In this document: positions 1 to 11,790 of the stretch, in pieces
Layout: each line of letters begins with the position of its first letter
Numbering within the stretch: position 1 is the stretch's first letter
Assembly (NCBI GenBank): GCA_964016885.1
Contig: OZ024741.1
Location: forward strand, 395,932,001 to 395,996,000
Direction of reading: 5' to 3'
DNA: 64,000 nucleotides
Source: Eledone cirrhosa
Taxonomy: Eukaryota
Position numbers and translations under genes: made by a program
Notes under the pieces: model-generated
Databases searched by the model: none
What the model was told of the DNA's origin: nothing
Seen by the model: the letters and a program-made list of their open reading frames with translations, nothing else

Positions 1-149
1 TTTATCCCAGTTTCCTAGGTATGAAGTGACTGAGAGTTCAAAACAACCCACCCTCTAGACAGAATGCCAGTCTATCACAGGGTTAAAGTCTGTCTTGGGC
101 CTGGAGGATCATCAGGCCAGTATTTATCCTGGTTTCCATGGAATTAATG

Positions 150-928
150 ATAATAATAATAATGAAATTATTGTGTACAGTGCTCAGGTGCACTACAACT
201 CATCAAAGGTGCATGTATAGTACATAGAATAATATACAAATGTCAGGGAAGTGAATAGTGTATGAGTCATGATATACATGTGTGCGTGTGTATGGAGGGG
301 GAATATTAGGTGTAGTATTGGCGAATCTCAGGAAGCATGGAGGTTTTAAAGGATGCAGTGTCTCGACAACTAATAACTGATGCAGGTAGTTTGTTCCATT
401 GAGGTTTTAAAGGATGCAGTGTCTCGACAACTAACAACTGATGCAGGTACTTTGTTCCATGGAGGTTTTAAAGGATGCAGTGTCTCGACAGCTAACAACT
501 GATGCAGGTAGTTTGTTCCATGGAGGTTTTAAAGGATGCAGTGTCTTGACAACTAACAACTGATGCATGTACTTTGTTCCATGGAGGTTTTAAAGGATGC
601 AGTGTCTCGACAGCTAACAACTGATGCAGGTAGTTTGTTCCATGGAGGTTTTAAAGGATGCAGTGTCTTGACAACTAACAACTGATGCAGGTACTTTGTT
701 CCATGGAGGTTTTAAAGGATGCAGTGTCTCGACAGCTAACAACTGATGCAGGTAGTTTGTTCCATGGAGGTTTTAAAGGATGCAGTGTCTCGACAACTAA
801 CAACTGACGCAGGTAGTTTGTTCCATGCTTCAGCAACTCTGAGCGTGAAAAAATGTTTCCGAAAGTCATGGGAGCTGTGCTGTTTTCTGACTTTGCTGGC
901 ATGCCCACGTGTGTTAGACACATGGAAA
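150..928 (-). mobile_element. CR1-like LINE 3' fragment with 8 tandem 61-bp units (336-827)
   Basis: Encodes TRGH..K..RKHFF.LRV..AWNKLP..VV....SFK, typical of the CR1/L2 ORF2 C-terminus. (ATT)n tail; splits a SINE. Confidence 0.85.
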
Positions 929-929
929 G

Positions 930-1150
930 TAACTGAAAATACTAGACTTCCTCTGGAGAGGATGCCAGACCATCGCAGGGTTAAAACCTCAGCTATTGCT
1001 GGTACTCATTTTCAGCCGAATATACTGGAGCAGCATGAAATGAAGTGTTTTGCTCAAGAACACAACATACAACCCAGTTCAGGAATCGAACCCACGACAA
1101 TACGATCGTAAGTGCAACACACTTACTTTCCTCTAGACCACGTGCTTCAT
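930..1150 (-). mobile_element. tRNA-derived SINE (5' part of the SINE interrupted by the CR1 copy)
   Basis: On the minus strand: A box tggtctagagg, B box ggttcgattcc, and the ttgagcaaaacacttcatttc core shared with other SINEs in the window. Confidence 0.65.
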
Positions 1151-1399
1151 GATCCATGTAGACTGAAACTATTTAGGAAGCCCGTCGGATGGACTGTACT
1201 TGCAATACAAAGGGCCAGCCTTATTACACATTGTGTGGCGCTGAATCTCCCTGAGAATCACCTTAAGAGTACACGTTTCTATGGAACGAATGCTCAGCCA
1301 CTTATACGTTAAATTCACGAGCAAGCTGTTCTGTTGATCATATCAACTGGATCACTCATCGTCGAAACAGACGGAAGAGTGTTAAAAAAAATTAAAAAA

Positions 1400-1679
1400 A
1401 TCGTGGTTTCTCAGAGTGAGAGAGAAAAGAAAGAGTTATCTCCCTTTGATGTTCTTGTAACCGGAAATTGATTAGTCCGTTCACCGGAGCCGTTAGACGA
1501 TATTTGTGTATAAACTACTCGGATCTCTGGTCTTGGAACAGCAGTAGAAATACTGCTCCAAATATATAACATCATTATTCTAGAAAGTAGCCGTTTTCCC
1601 CCCAACTTCATCGTTTAGGGGAAAAAAGGGTTCTTTTTGTTGTAAATATTTACACAAAAGTATATCTTCGACTTCTGTC
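1400..1679 (+). promoter_or_regulatory. probable IWS1 promoter / 5' UTR
   Basis: Non-repetitive, relatively CpG-containing segment directly upstream of the ATG, with an ETS-like CCGGAAAT near 1461. No TSS data. Confidence 0.3.
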
Positions 1680-1701
1680 ATGGAAATCGATGCATCAGGA
1701 G
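1680..1701 (+). CDS. IWS1: IWS1 homolog, coding exon 1 (MEIDASG)
   Basis: ATG at 1680 and donor G|gtaaga at 1702. Phase 1 joins exon 2 in frame. The exon is short, so it is assigned by phase compatibility and position. Confidence 0.75.
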
Positions 1702-1761
1702 GTAAGAGTTTTTTTTTATTTTACTCTTCAACTCTTTGTTTTCTATGTCTATGGCAGATTA

Positions 1762-2112
<351 letters not shown>

Positions 2113-2306
2113 TTTAGATTGTTTCGTTAATGATGATGACGATATATAGTCAACATGGTTCCTCGTTTCTTTTTCTAGAGGTGGAAGGGAAGGAAAATTG
2201 GTTACAATTCCTCCTCCACTCTTTACTACAAACTAAAAATATAATCACGTTTTTTATCTTTACCTTTTTTTCTATAATCTCAATACACACATCTGTTTTT
2301 CTCTCT

Positions 2307-2369
<63 letters not shown>

Positions 2370-2408
2370 ATTATAATCATATATATTTACTATATAGATA
2401 TATATATA

Positions 2409-2661
2409 AGTATGTGGTTGACGGCTGAGAGAAAGGAGTACTCAATACCGATGTTGAGTATTATTAAGGCTAAAATAGGGAGTCTTGGTTACTCTGGAGT
2501 TTTGGCTGTTTATCACAGGGTCATCAGATAAGAACTTGTCTCATGGTAAACAGACGAAACCCCAGAGTAACAAGACTCACTATTTAAGCCTTAATAATAA
2601 GAATATTAAAACTTTACATCGGTATTGAGTACTCTTTTCTCTCAGCCGTCCACCACATACT
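2409..2661. mobile_element. (TA)n-flanked fold-back element with two degenerate hammerhead motifs (Penelope/retrozyme-like)
   Basis: Imperfect inverted arms of about 110 bp. CTGATGA on the minus strand at 2521-2527; GAAAC...GTA on the plus strand at 2556-2569. Confidence 0.7.
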
Positions 2662-3833
2662 GATATATATATATATCTAATTGTCTATGTCGTTATAATT
2701 ATATATATATATGTGTGTGTGTGTGTAATTTAGAAGCCTAGATTATATACGTATGTATATTTCAATCTAAGACAATTTTACTATTTTCATCTAATGATAG
2801 CGATTCCATGCCCAAACTATTAACATTTAAACTCCCATTTGTTTCATACATCAAAACCTTATGACTATCTTCTTAGCTTGCAGTATTCTATATTTTCTAT
2901 TAAAAACAGGCAACATTCTGTCTTATTTTCCTTGTTACCAGCCGGACATAACACGTCAAAGAAAAAAATATTTTATTTTCGACAAGAAATACACAAAGAT
3001 ATTTTTTAATTTTGTTTTGATATATAAATACTGCGCTTTTTAAAACTAATTTCTATTGTTTGTCTCGATTATATACGTATGTATGTTTGAAATAGTTAAA
3101 TCTATTTAACACTAATTAGGACAAACAAACACCGGCGATGTTGGTACCTGTTTAAAAATAATGACTAAAAGCAATGTGGTTCAGAAATGTTGCCACATGC
3201 GCTGGATTTCAACCTTTTTATAGCTTTTTAGGGGATAGAAATTAACTACTTAACATCACAGAGAAATCAATATAATACATTTCAAATAATCCTTAGTTAA
3301 TTTTTAAAATACAAATTTGGTTATCGTTTTCTTTTTGTTAGTTGTATCTCGTCAACTTTGCCTTTCATCCTTTCGTGGTCGATAAAAGTACCTGTCCATG
3401 TACTGTGTTCCATTCTTTCTCTATATATCTTCCTGTTTTACTTTCATTCCTTCTTTGGGTGAAATCGGTAGAAAGTTAGAGATGGGTTCCACCAGGCTTA
3501 AAATACCCAAGACACGTATGTCACTACAGTGCCCCTACTACTCCATCAGGAGTTACAGGTCCATATATATATATATACGCACCTAACGAAGGAAATGTGG
3601 TAAGGAACCAGGTGGACCATAACGCACCAAAGTACTTAATACTTAGGGTAGTAGAGTGGGTAATAGGAACGTTGCTATATACGCACCTATACATATAGTT
3701 TGTTTTTATTGTTCGTCTCATGGCCATATATAATCAACAGTCACACGCGAATATACAAGCTTTTAGTTTATTATTTCATCATTTTCGTCTTTTTTTTTTA
3801 CCGCTCCAATATGTTATCTCAAGTTGTCTTTTG

Positions 3834-3868
<35 letters not shown>

Positions 3869-4113
3869 TATACATACATGTTAGGATTAAACTAATTAGA
3901 CCATTATTCAACAGAGTACTTGAGGGTTGTAGGGTGTGATTATATAAGAAAGAAGCCGAGCTCTTGCCATTTCGACAGCAAATTCCAGACTCTGGAACTA
4001 GCTGTCGAAACGGCCAGAACTCAGCCGTCGGGCCCCAACTCTTTCTAATATATATATATATATGTGACTGAATCTTAACCATCTACTATGTCAGGGTATG
4101 TCATGCCTCATCT

Positions 4114-4177
4114 TATTTTATCTGATGAGGACGTACTGTTGAACTTAACTCAGTACCTCTGAAATATGTATAAAATA
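4114..4177 (+). ncRNA. degenerate minimal type-I hammerhead ribozyme motif
   Basis: tattttat-CTGATGA-ggacgtactg[loop]cagtacctct-GAAA-tatg-TA-taaaata. Helix II is 9/10 paired; helix I has a 1-nt register slip. Confidence 0.55.
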
Positions 4178-4859
4178 TAATTGATCACAAGAATATCTAT
4201 TTTGTTAATATTTTGAATTAATATATATATATATTCAACTTAGTCTCTCTACTTAAGGAAAGTAAAGTATTTTGATTGGGGGGTGGGGGGCAATATATAT
4301 ATATATTATTTTACCTGTTCCAGCCAACCGGCTGAGGCCATGCTGGGGCACAATATGGATTCTTTGCTCTACGGCTAAACTTATAACGTTTTGTTAGCAA
4401 ATAGGTCACAGCTTAGATTGTTCTTCCACGCATTCTACAAAGCCGTGTACAATCTGGGGAGATGGCCATAACTGGACTTTGATACCTAAGGTAGCACTTA
4501 CTTGTTCTGTGTATGAACATAAATAAATTATATATATATGTGTGTGTGTATAAGTAAATATATATGTGTGTATATATATGTGCGTGTATGTATATATAAA
4601 TATATGAGCGTGTGAGTTTTTTTAGTTTTCTTATTTTATAGTTTACTTAGACTAACCACTTGTCTCAAGGTTATAAAGAAAAGAATTGGTCTAATCCTAT
4701 TTTAGGGTTCCATTAAAGTGAAAGTGAAATTTTCGATGCAACATCAAAAAGACTACATTCACTACAGCATTGAAACATGAAATACACTCTTCCCTCTCTT
4801 TCAGTAGAATGTGAAACATGTGGAAGACCTCGTGTTTGAAATTTATTAATGTAATCACT

Positions 4860-5355
4860 TCGTCTTCTTCAACTACTTATTCCTGGGAGAGTCGTGGGGG
4901 CAGAGTCTTCAAACACTGCTTCCACCAGATCCTGTCAGAAGCAGCTGTCTCCAACTGTTCCAGTTTGATCCCCAAGCGAGACCAGCCAAGCTCATGGATG
5001 TTATCCAACCATGTTGCTCGTGGTCTACCCCTGGGTCTCCTGCTGTTGGTTTTACTCGTAAAATCTGTCCAGTGATTCTTTTCTGAGATATTCTAACCAC
5101 ATGCCGATAGTATCGGAGCTGTGATCTCTCAATTCAGAGAAGTAGTGACTCTCTGATCTCCCAGCAATGCACTCTATTGAGTAACATTACTCAATGATGC
5201 AGTATGATTGCTTTTGTTGAATATGGCCATACTGCAGTTTTTGATGGTCTTATTCTCGCCAGTCACCAGTTACTCAATTCAGAGAAGTAACAGCTCAACC
5301 TGGAGTGACTCTCTCATCTCTGAGCTACACACTCTATTGAGTAACATTACTCGAT
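4860..5355 (-). mobile_element. RTE-like LINE 3' fragment (family 2; also 19518-19905 and 54197-54530)
   Basis: Minus strand encodes IERSQLRY..HVVR and RPRGRPRATWLDNI. Three similar copies occur in the window. Confidence 0.75.
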
Positions 5356-5587
5356 AGGGTGTAATAACTTTTCTGAAAATATTTTTCTTGAGAATTTCAT
5401 GTAGCACGGTTGACAGCTTTAATCTAAAAACACAGACCACCAAGGTTTGGTCTGTTGGAGTCTTGTTGGTCAGGAGAATGGTGGTTATCATTAATTTCTA
5501 ACCAGATAGGATTGCAAGTGATAGTTACAAACAAACCTGGGTCACCATACATTTTCTCCATGGTAGCATGCTTACATATTCATTAAC

Positions 5588-5804
5588 CCTTTCATGACCA
5601 TATTTCCAATGAAATACACTCTATTTTAATTAATGAAGAATTTTGGGGGATTTATTAAAATGATTAATTATTTCATTACTAAGATAGTAATTTAATGTCA
5701 GGTTCTTATGTTGGAAGATTTTAATATAATTTGGAAACTTTTAAAATGGGTGGTTTTATTTCAAAGAACTATAGCCAGTTTTGGCTGGATTGGTAACTAA
5801 AGGG
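5588..5804. mobile_element. TTAA-type (piggyBac-like) MITE family B (also about 14897-16955, 17083-17745, 49265-49655)
   Basis: ttaa-CCCTTT.. start and ..ggtaactaAAGGG end; AT-rich interior conserved between copies. Confidence 0.65.
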
Positions 5805-6200
5805 TTTGATTGTAAAGTAACAGACCATCCAGTTTGTACTTATGCATTATTTGCAACATGTCCTTCATGATTGTCAGCTGAGACCAAAGAAAACTATGTT
5901 TCTGTTGGTCTTTTCATTGCTTGTACTATCTGCCAATCACAACTCCTGGCAGAAGAATGTTAGATTTTAACTCAAAATGCACAGAACCAGACCAGATATT
6001 GTAATGCAACCTAACTCTTAAACAGTTCTACCCCATAGGCTGGCACTTTATTTATCAGCTATAAAAAGATGAAAGGCAAGATGTGGCTCATCATAAGGTG
6101 GGTCACATAAGATGTGGATCATCGTAAGGTGGGTCACATAAGATGTGGATCATCATATGGTGAGCCTGCTTGATGTTGGCGATGTGAGAGAAAAATTGTT

Positions 6201-6394
6201 TACGAGAGTTAGCTGAAAAGTTCATTGGCTGACCAAGATACTCTCATGGAATAACCAAATGTGGTTTATTTTTCAACATAATCCCTCGAAAGAAACAATA
6301 GTTAAGAAGAGTTGAAATTAATGCATATAAGATTTCTCAGCTCTAGCATCACTCCTTCCTAGTTAGCCAATGAACTTTTCAGTCGACTCTCGTG
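6201..6394. mobile_element. mariner-like MITE
   Basis: About 30-bp TIRs: tacgagagttagctgaaaagttcattggct / agccaatgaacttttcagtcgactctcgtg. Confidence 0.8.
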
Positions 6395-6448
6395 TGAATA
6401 TATCTAGTAACATATTTGACCCCTACTTTCTATTTTTTTTCTTAACAG

Positions 6449-6510
6449 AGCAAAGTGGAGGCAGTACTCCTGTTCAGGATGAACCTGCATATTCAGATGT
6501 GGAAAACCAA
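6449..6510 (+). CDS. IWS1: IWS1 homolog, exon 2 (EQSGGSTPVQDEPAYSDVENQ)
   Basis: Polypyrimidine tract plus aacag acceptor; gtaagt donor. GGSTPVQDE matches the GGATPVQDE N-terminal motif of vertebrate IWS1. Confidence 0.9.
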
Positions 6511-6785
6511 GTAAGTATTATCTTGTGCCATGCTTTGACGTATAGAGTTATGGCCATTCTGAGTTCAAATCCCACCGAAGTTAACTTTGCCTTTCATCCT
6601 TACGGGGTCGATAAAATAAAGTACCAGTAATGCACTGGGTAATTGCTGGCCTTGTGCCAAAAGGAGAAACAATTATCTTGTATTAACTCTTAATGTCCTG
6701 TACCACATGATACCACATTAGTGAAGATACTTTTCAAAAGTATAAGACAGCACTATGACTACATCGCATTAAAAAGTTTAAGTCA

Positions 6786-7653
6786 TCTATATATCTAAAA
6801 AAGAGAATGTCTGTCTGACTCCCTAAAACTCAAGAACTACCCAACCGATTTTTTCAAACTTTACACACGTAAAACTTATGGTCGTGTGACTGTTTTGAAC
6901 AAAAAATATTTCGAATTTTCAATGCCCTAGGGACCGCATTAGGTTTGAGATCTCTCTATCTTTCTTAGTCTGTCTTTTAAGATAGATACATAGCTATAAC
7001 ATCGCGCCCTTATATCTGTCTGTATGTCTGGCTGTCTGCATTACGACATTATGACACTATCTGTGTGTGTGTGTGTATATATATATGTATATATAGTGTG
7101 TGTGTATATATATATATAGTGTGTAACGTTTTTCAAAATATTTACTTCTGTGTTCACAGATTGATTTTTTTTAGTTTCAGAAAATCCCGTTAAGGGTGAA
7201 AGCAGCGATTCTTCGCTTAAACTTTAATCTGTTATTTTAATATATATATAATTATATATTCGTGTACAGATATTTTTGCATACACAATAACAAAATATAA
7301 ACAAACGTATTTATTTCACGAGGCTCAATAAGGATAAATATATATCAAATATATAAGAACCCTAGAGTAAATATTGTTCTCATTGCTGATGAGGCAGAAG
7401 GGGATGTACACGATTGGCTGAAGAAGGACGAGACTGTGTTAGTAGTCCGACCAACATCAGCAAAAACAACAAAAAAAGAGAGGGAGCGCAATTATATGCT
7501 TTTGAAAAATCTTAATGGAAGATTATTTGCCTATTCACCCAAGGCAACTTCACTTTTTATTAGGTGAACATACGATGAAACTGTTTCAGAAAGGGGGGAT
7601 AAACATGCCAATCTATGTTTAGAATACCGAGCAACGCCGGGCCATTCTACTAG
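6786..7653 (+). mobile_element. non-autonomous Helitron-like element
   Basis: a|TCtatatat start, subterminal ccgagcaacgccggg hairpin, CTAG|t end. The 3' end is shared with 56223-56940. Confidence 0.75.
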
Positions 7654-8021
7654 TTTATTCTAAAACTACTGATTTTCACAACAATCTGTCCAATAGTAGA
7701 TATACTATGAATATTTTGATTGCATGCATAGATGGTCCCGTAACTCCTGGGCAAGTCATAGGGGCGCCATATTGCTATTCAGCATTTCTAGGGAACTTTT
7801 TAAAATCCAGAAAAGGATAGAGTAAGAGAATAGAAGTGAGAAAGAGATATAGAGGAAGAATTGATACCAGTACTAGACAAAGTTGATTTCTGGGAGTTGA
7901 ACTTGGAAAACAGAGGGCTGGAAGGAATACCACAGAGCATTCTATCTGACATTTTAATAACTCTGCCAATTTGCCAGATAGTCCTATACGAGCGAGACAC
8001 GGTCACCCGACCAATCTTCCC

Positions 8022-8361
8022 TCATCATCATCATTTCATTTTACGTCCACTTTTCCCTGCTTGCAAGAGTGGGACGGGAACTGATTCTGGCTTGATTTCT
8101 ACAGCTGGATGCCCTTCCTAACACCAACCTCATTTACAGTGAGTGCTGGGTGCTTTTTTGCCGTGGCACCTCCACGACCACTTTTGCAGTGGAATGATAG
8201 GGACCCTAGTCCCTATCATCTCATTTCTACAGCTGAGTAAACTGGAGCAATGTGAAATATAGTGCCTTGCTCAAGGAAACAACACATCACCCAGTCTGAG
8301 AATTGAACTCACAACCTTTCGATTGCAAGGCCAATGCTCTAACCACTAAGCCATGTGCCTC
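8022..8361 (-). mobile_element. tRNA-derived SINE family 1 with RTE-type (ATG)n tail
   Basis: A box tggcttagtgg and B box gagttcaattc; nearly identical to four other copies; inserted inside another repeat. Confidence 0.9.
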
Positions 8362-9339
8362 AAGTGGGACAATTCCCGTCTAACCCATGCTAGCGTGGAA
8401 GATGGACTTTAAACAATGATGATGATGATGATGATGAACTTACAAAAGATTGTTACTCTTTTGGCATTTAAACTGGTCATATCCGGCCAGGATTCTCTCA
8501 CCTCTTTCTGTTCAAACCGGCTGTAACTGGCTGCTCATACTAATGTTAAGGTATTGTTCTCAAAATAAATCATATCAAAATCACATTAGATTCGATACTA
8601 TGTGAAATAATTACATACGGTAAAGCCTGTACCATGAAAATATCATCATTATCATCATCATCACCGTCTATCTTCCACGCTAACATATTAGTAAATATAA
8701 AAAGATAAATATCCCACAACTCCTTTTGGAGTCGTAGAGGCACCGTCATACGGTGTGTCTCGAGCACTTCTAAACCTGCGGAGCCAAACCCTCTCCAGTT
8801 CTGAACACAATCGATTTTTTTCTATAGAGGACTGGTACTTTTTTTTATCGACATTGAAAGGATGAAAGGAAAAGTTAACAATGGCAGGATTTGAACTCAG
8901 AGTGTGCAATGAGGTGGGGCGAATACCGTAAAGCATTCTATCTGACGTCTTAACGACTGCCAATTAACCGCCTTAATAGTAAATATAGAGTAATGTAAAT
9001 GCTAAAAGGTTAAATAAAATTGTGATAGGTTTTTAGATAATTATAAACACCTGGCAATAAATAGTTTTGTATCAGAGACCATGACCAGGTTGTTTAATAA
9101 CAAAAGGATTAATCCTTTCCTCACAATATTGCTAAGAAAAAACCCTGCATTTCTCTTACTTTCTTATGATAATGTCCTTGAAAAAACCTATTCCAGCGCT
9201 TCTCTCTTGCCGTCCTCCAGGGCAATGTATTTTCCATCCTGTCAGCTGGGACCAAAAGACAGAGGATAAGTTAGCTGGAAGTAGAGGATACTCATTCAGA
9301 TGTCACACATGTATACACACATACTCAACTACTAAGCGC

Positions 9340-9571
9340 TTAATTTCATTACACACACAATTGTTGGGTGAAGAAATGCCAGTGGAAGGAAGTCGGTGTG
9401 GCAGTAGACCAAGAAAGACCTGGGTAGAGGTTGTGAAAGCAGACCTCAAATCACTGAGACTCACAGGGGAGATGACAAAGGATCGTGATGTGTGGAGAGA
9501 TGCCGTGCTGAGAAGCACCCATCCAACCCATACAAGCGTGGAAAGGTGGACGTAAAGACGATGATGATGAT
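9340..9571 (+). mobile_element. RTE LINE 3' end (family 1)
   Basis: VEGSRCGSRPRKTWVEVVKADL...DRDVWRDAV followed by a (GAT)n tail. Confidence 0.85.
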
Positions 9572-10109
9572 CGTGCATAGTATATTTGAGAAAAATAAAC
9601 TTACAGTTAAAGGTTCTTAAATAAAATTATGATTGGAAGGTTTTCTTTAGATAAATATAAATACTTTGAAATAAACAGTTTTGTATCGTAGAGACCATGG
9701 CCAGTTTCAGGTGTTTTGATATCAAAAGGGTTAACAAGCATAGCATAACAAAGTGTGTGGTTATAAAACTGTCTGAAAGCTCTGACTTTGATATAGCAGG
9801 TATGTTTTGTTAGAAATAAATGTCAGTGTGTTTACTAATTTACTTCTAAACCATTCCTATCTATTTCATAATCTTTTCACCAGTTACTAGTATAGTATAT
9901 TGCCGTTGGTACATAAAGTCTCAAATAGTTTTGCTCATGGACAACACATCTGTACAGTATATTTTAGTATGTGTATGTGCTCTGTTTAAGACTGGATAGT
10001 AAGAAGTATGGTGGAAGTGATGTAGAATGATTGTTGGCCAAACAGTCACAGTTCTTTATAAATGGTTGTTGGAAACCTGATAATTAACATTCAGCAAGTA
10101 GAGTTGAGT

Positions 10110-10149
<40 letters not shown>

Positions 10150-10365
10150 GCATCGAGACAGCATTGATCATAATCAGCAACATAGATTTGTAGTAAGTTA
10201 ACTAAACATTAAACCTTTGAATCAATTTTAATTCCCAAGTGAAGCATTTCTCTTACTTTCTCATGATAATGTCCTTGAAAAAAAAATGCACCAAGTATGC
10301 ACTCTCTTCATCATCATCATCATCATCATCATTGTTTAATGTTCACTTTCTACGCTAGCATGACC

Positions 10366-10592
10366 AACCACTTTACAGTGTGGACTGGGTGCTTTTTGTC
10401 GTGACACCTACATGGCCACGTTTACAGTGTGGACTGGGTACTTTTTGTCGTGACACCTACAGAACCACATTACAGTGTGAATTGGGTGCTTTTTGTTGTA
10501 TCTCCTACACAACCACATTACAGTGTGGGCTGGGTGCGATTTGTTGTATCTCCTACACAACCACATTACAGTGTGGACTGGGTGCTTTTTGT
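10366..10592. repeat. short array of about 4-5 units of ~48 bp derived from a SINE/RTE-tail segment
   Basis: ccacattacagtgtggactgggtgctttttgt.. repeated; preceded by the (CAT)n tail of the parent element. Confidence 0.8.
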
Positions 10593-10953
10593 CTCTTCTA
10601 AATCTATATAGAATAAACTAAAAACTTCATCATCATTTAATGTCCGTCATGTCAGCTAGAAAGAGTTGAACGAGTCTTCACAGACCAAGTCAGTACTCAA
10701 GCGGAGCCTGCGTCTTGTTCTGACAAGTTCAATTTATAATGGCATCAGCGGAGGTGGTCAGTCTTTGACACAATGTATCATCATCATTATTCAATACTTG
10801 CTGTGGTCCATCGTCATTTCTGTTATGACGTTTGACATTCTGAGATTAACCTCCACTACTTCTTTCCATTTCTTCCTTTTAAATTTATTTATCCTTCAAC
10901 CTATTGTAGTAACATTCCCATACCTCTTTCCTTTCAGCATCAGTGAAAGCAAG

Positions 10954-11531
10954 TACTCTCGGCTCCCAAATAATGGGGGGGGGGGGGGGGGGGTAATTGT
11001 ATAGTGTAATGTTTTTGTAATGTAAAATATAATTATTATTAAATTCTTCAGCTACTGTATCAATACAAATCACTTACAATAAAATCTCGATGGAGATAGA
11101 TTAGCAAAATGTTATAAGTGGATTGGGGGGGGGGGGGGGGGGGGGATTAATATGTATGTATGGAGGCACATGGCTTAGTGGTTAGAGCATTGGCCTTGCA
11201 ATCGAAAGGTTGTGAGTTCAATTCTCAGACCGGGTGATGTGTTGTTTCCTTGAGCAAGGCACTTTATTTCACATTGCTCCAGTTTACTCAGCTGTAGAAA
11301 TGAGATGATAGGGACTGGGGTCCATATCATTCCACTGCAAAGTGGTCGTGTAGGTGCCACGGCTAAAACCACCCAGCACTCAGTATAAATGAGGTTGGTG
11401 TTAGGAAGGGCATCCAGCTGTAGAAATCAAGCCAGAATCAGTTCCCGTCCCACCCTTGCAAGCAGGGAAAAGTGAACGTAAAATGATGATGATGTATGTG
11501 GGGCAGGAGCATTATTCAAGGCCTGAAAGTA
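10954..11531. mobile_element. TA-flanked TIR element (also 22787-23400) hosting a nested SINE
   Basis: Imperfect 21-bp TIRs tactctcgg...aataat / attatt...gaaagta; the same TIR family occurs at 22787 and 23400. Confidence 0.55.
11161..11493 (+). mobile_element. tRNA-derived SINE family 1
   Basis: Full length with A/B boxes, (ATG)n tail and a probable atgtatgt target-site duplication. Confidence 0.9.
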
Positions 11532-11665
11532 CATTGTTATCATTCCGTACACACATTTCCCCAATATCATTCTGATCTGCACCAACACATTACTTTACAA
11601 TCTGGAATACCTCACACCACTGATCCTCTCATTACAAAACCTGTATAAGTCTCTTATTTCACCAC

Positions 11666-11790
11666 CTTGTAGAATATACCTGATGTTTAGCTTCTCTTGT
11701 AGAATATACCTGATGTTTAGCTTCTCTTGTAGTTTAGCTTCTCTTGTAGAATATATCTGATGTTTAGCTTCTCTTGTAGAATATACCTGA
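11666..11790. repeat. 30-bp tandem repeat, about 3.5 copies
   Basis: Unit cttgtagaatatacctgatgtttagcttct. Confidence 0.8.

Noticed and set aside
2741-3085. 18-bp direct repeat gattatatacgtatgtat as the TSD of an insertion
   Set aside because: The motif is low-complexity, and the enclosed sequence shows no termini, tail or second copy in the window.
11161-11235. tRNA gene calls at SINE heads
   Set aside because: A/B boxes are present, but the sequence continues into a SINE core and RTE-type tail in five copies, with no convincing cloverleaf or poly-T terminator.
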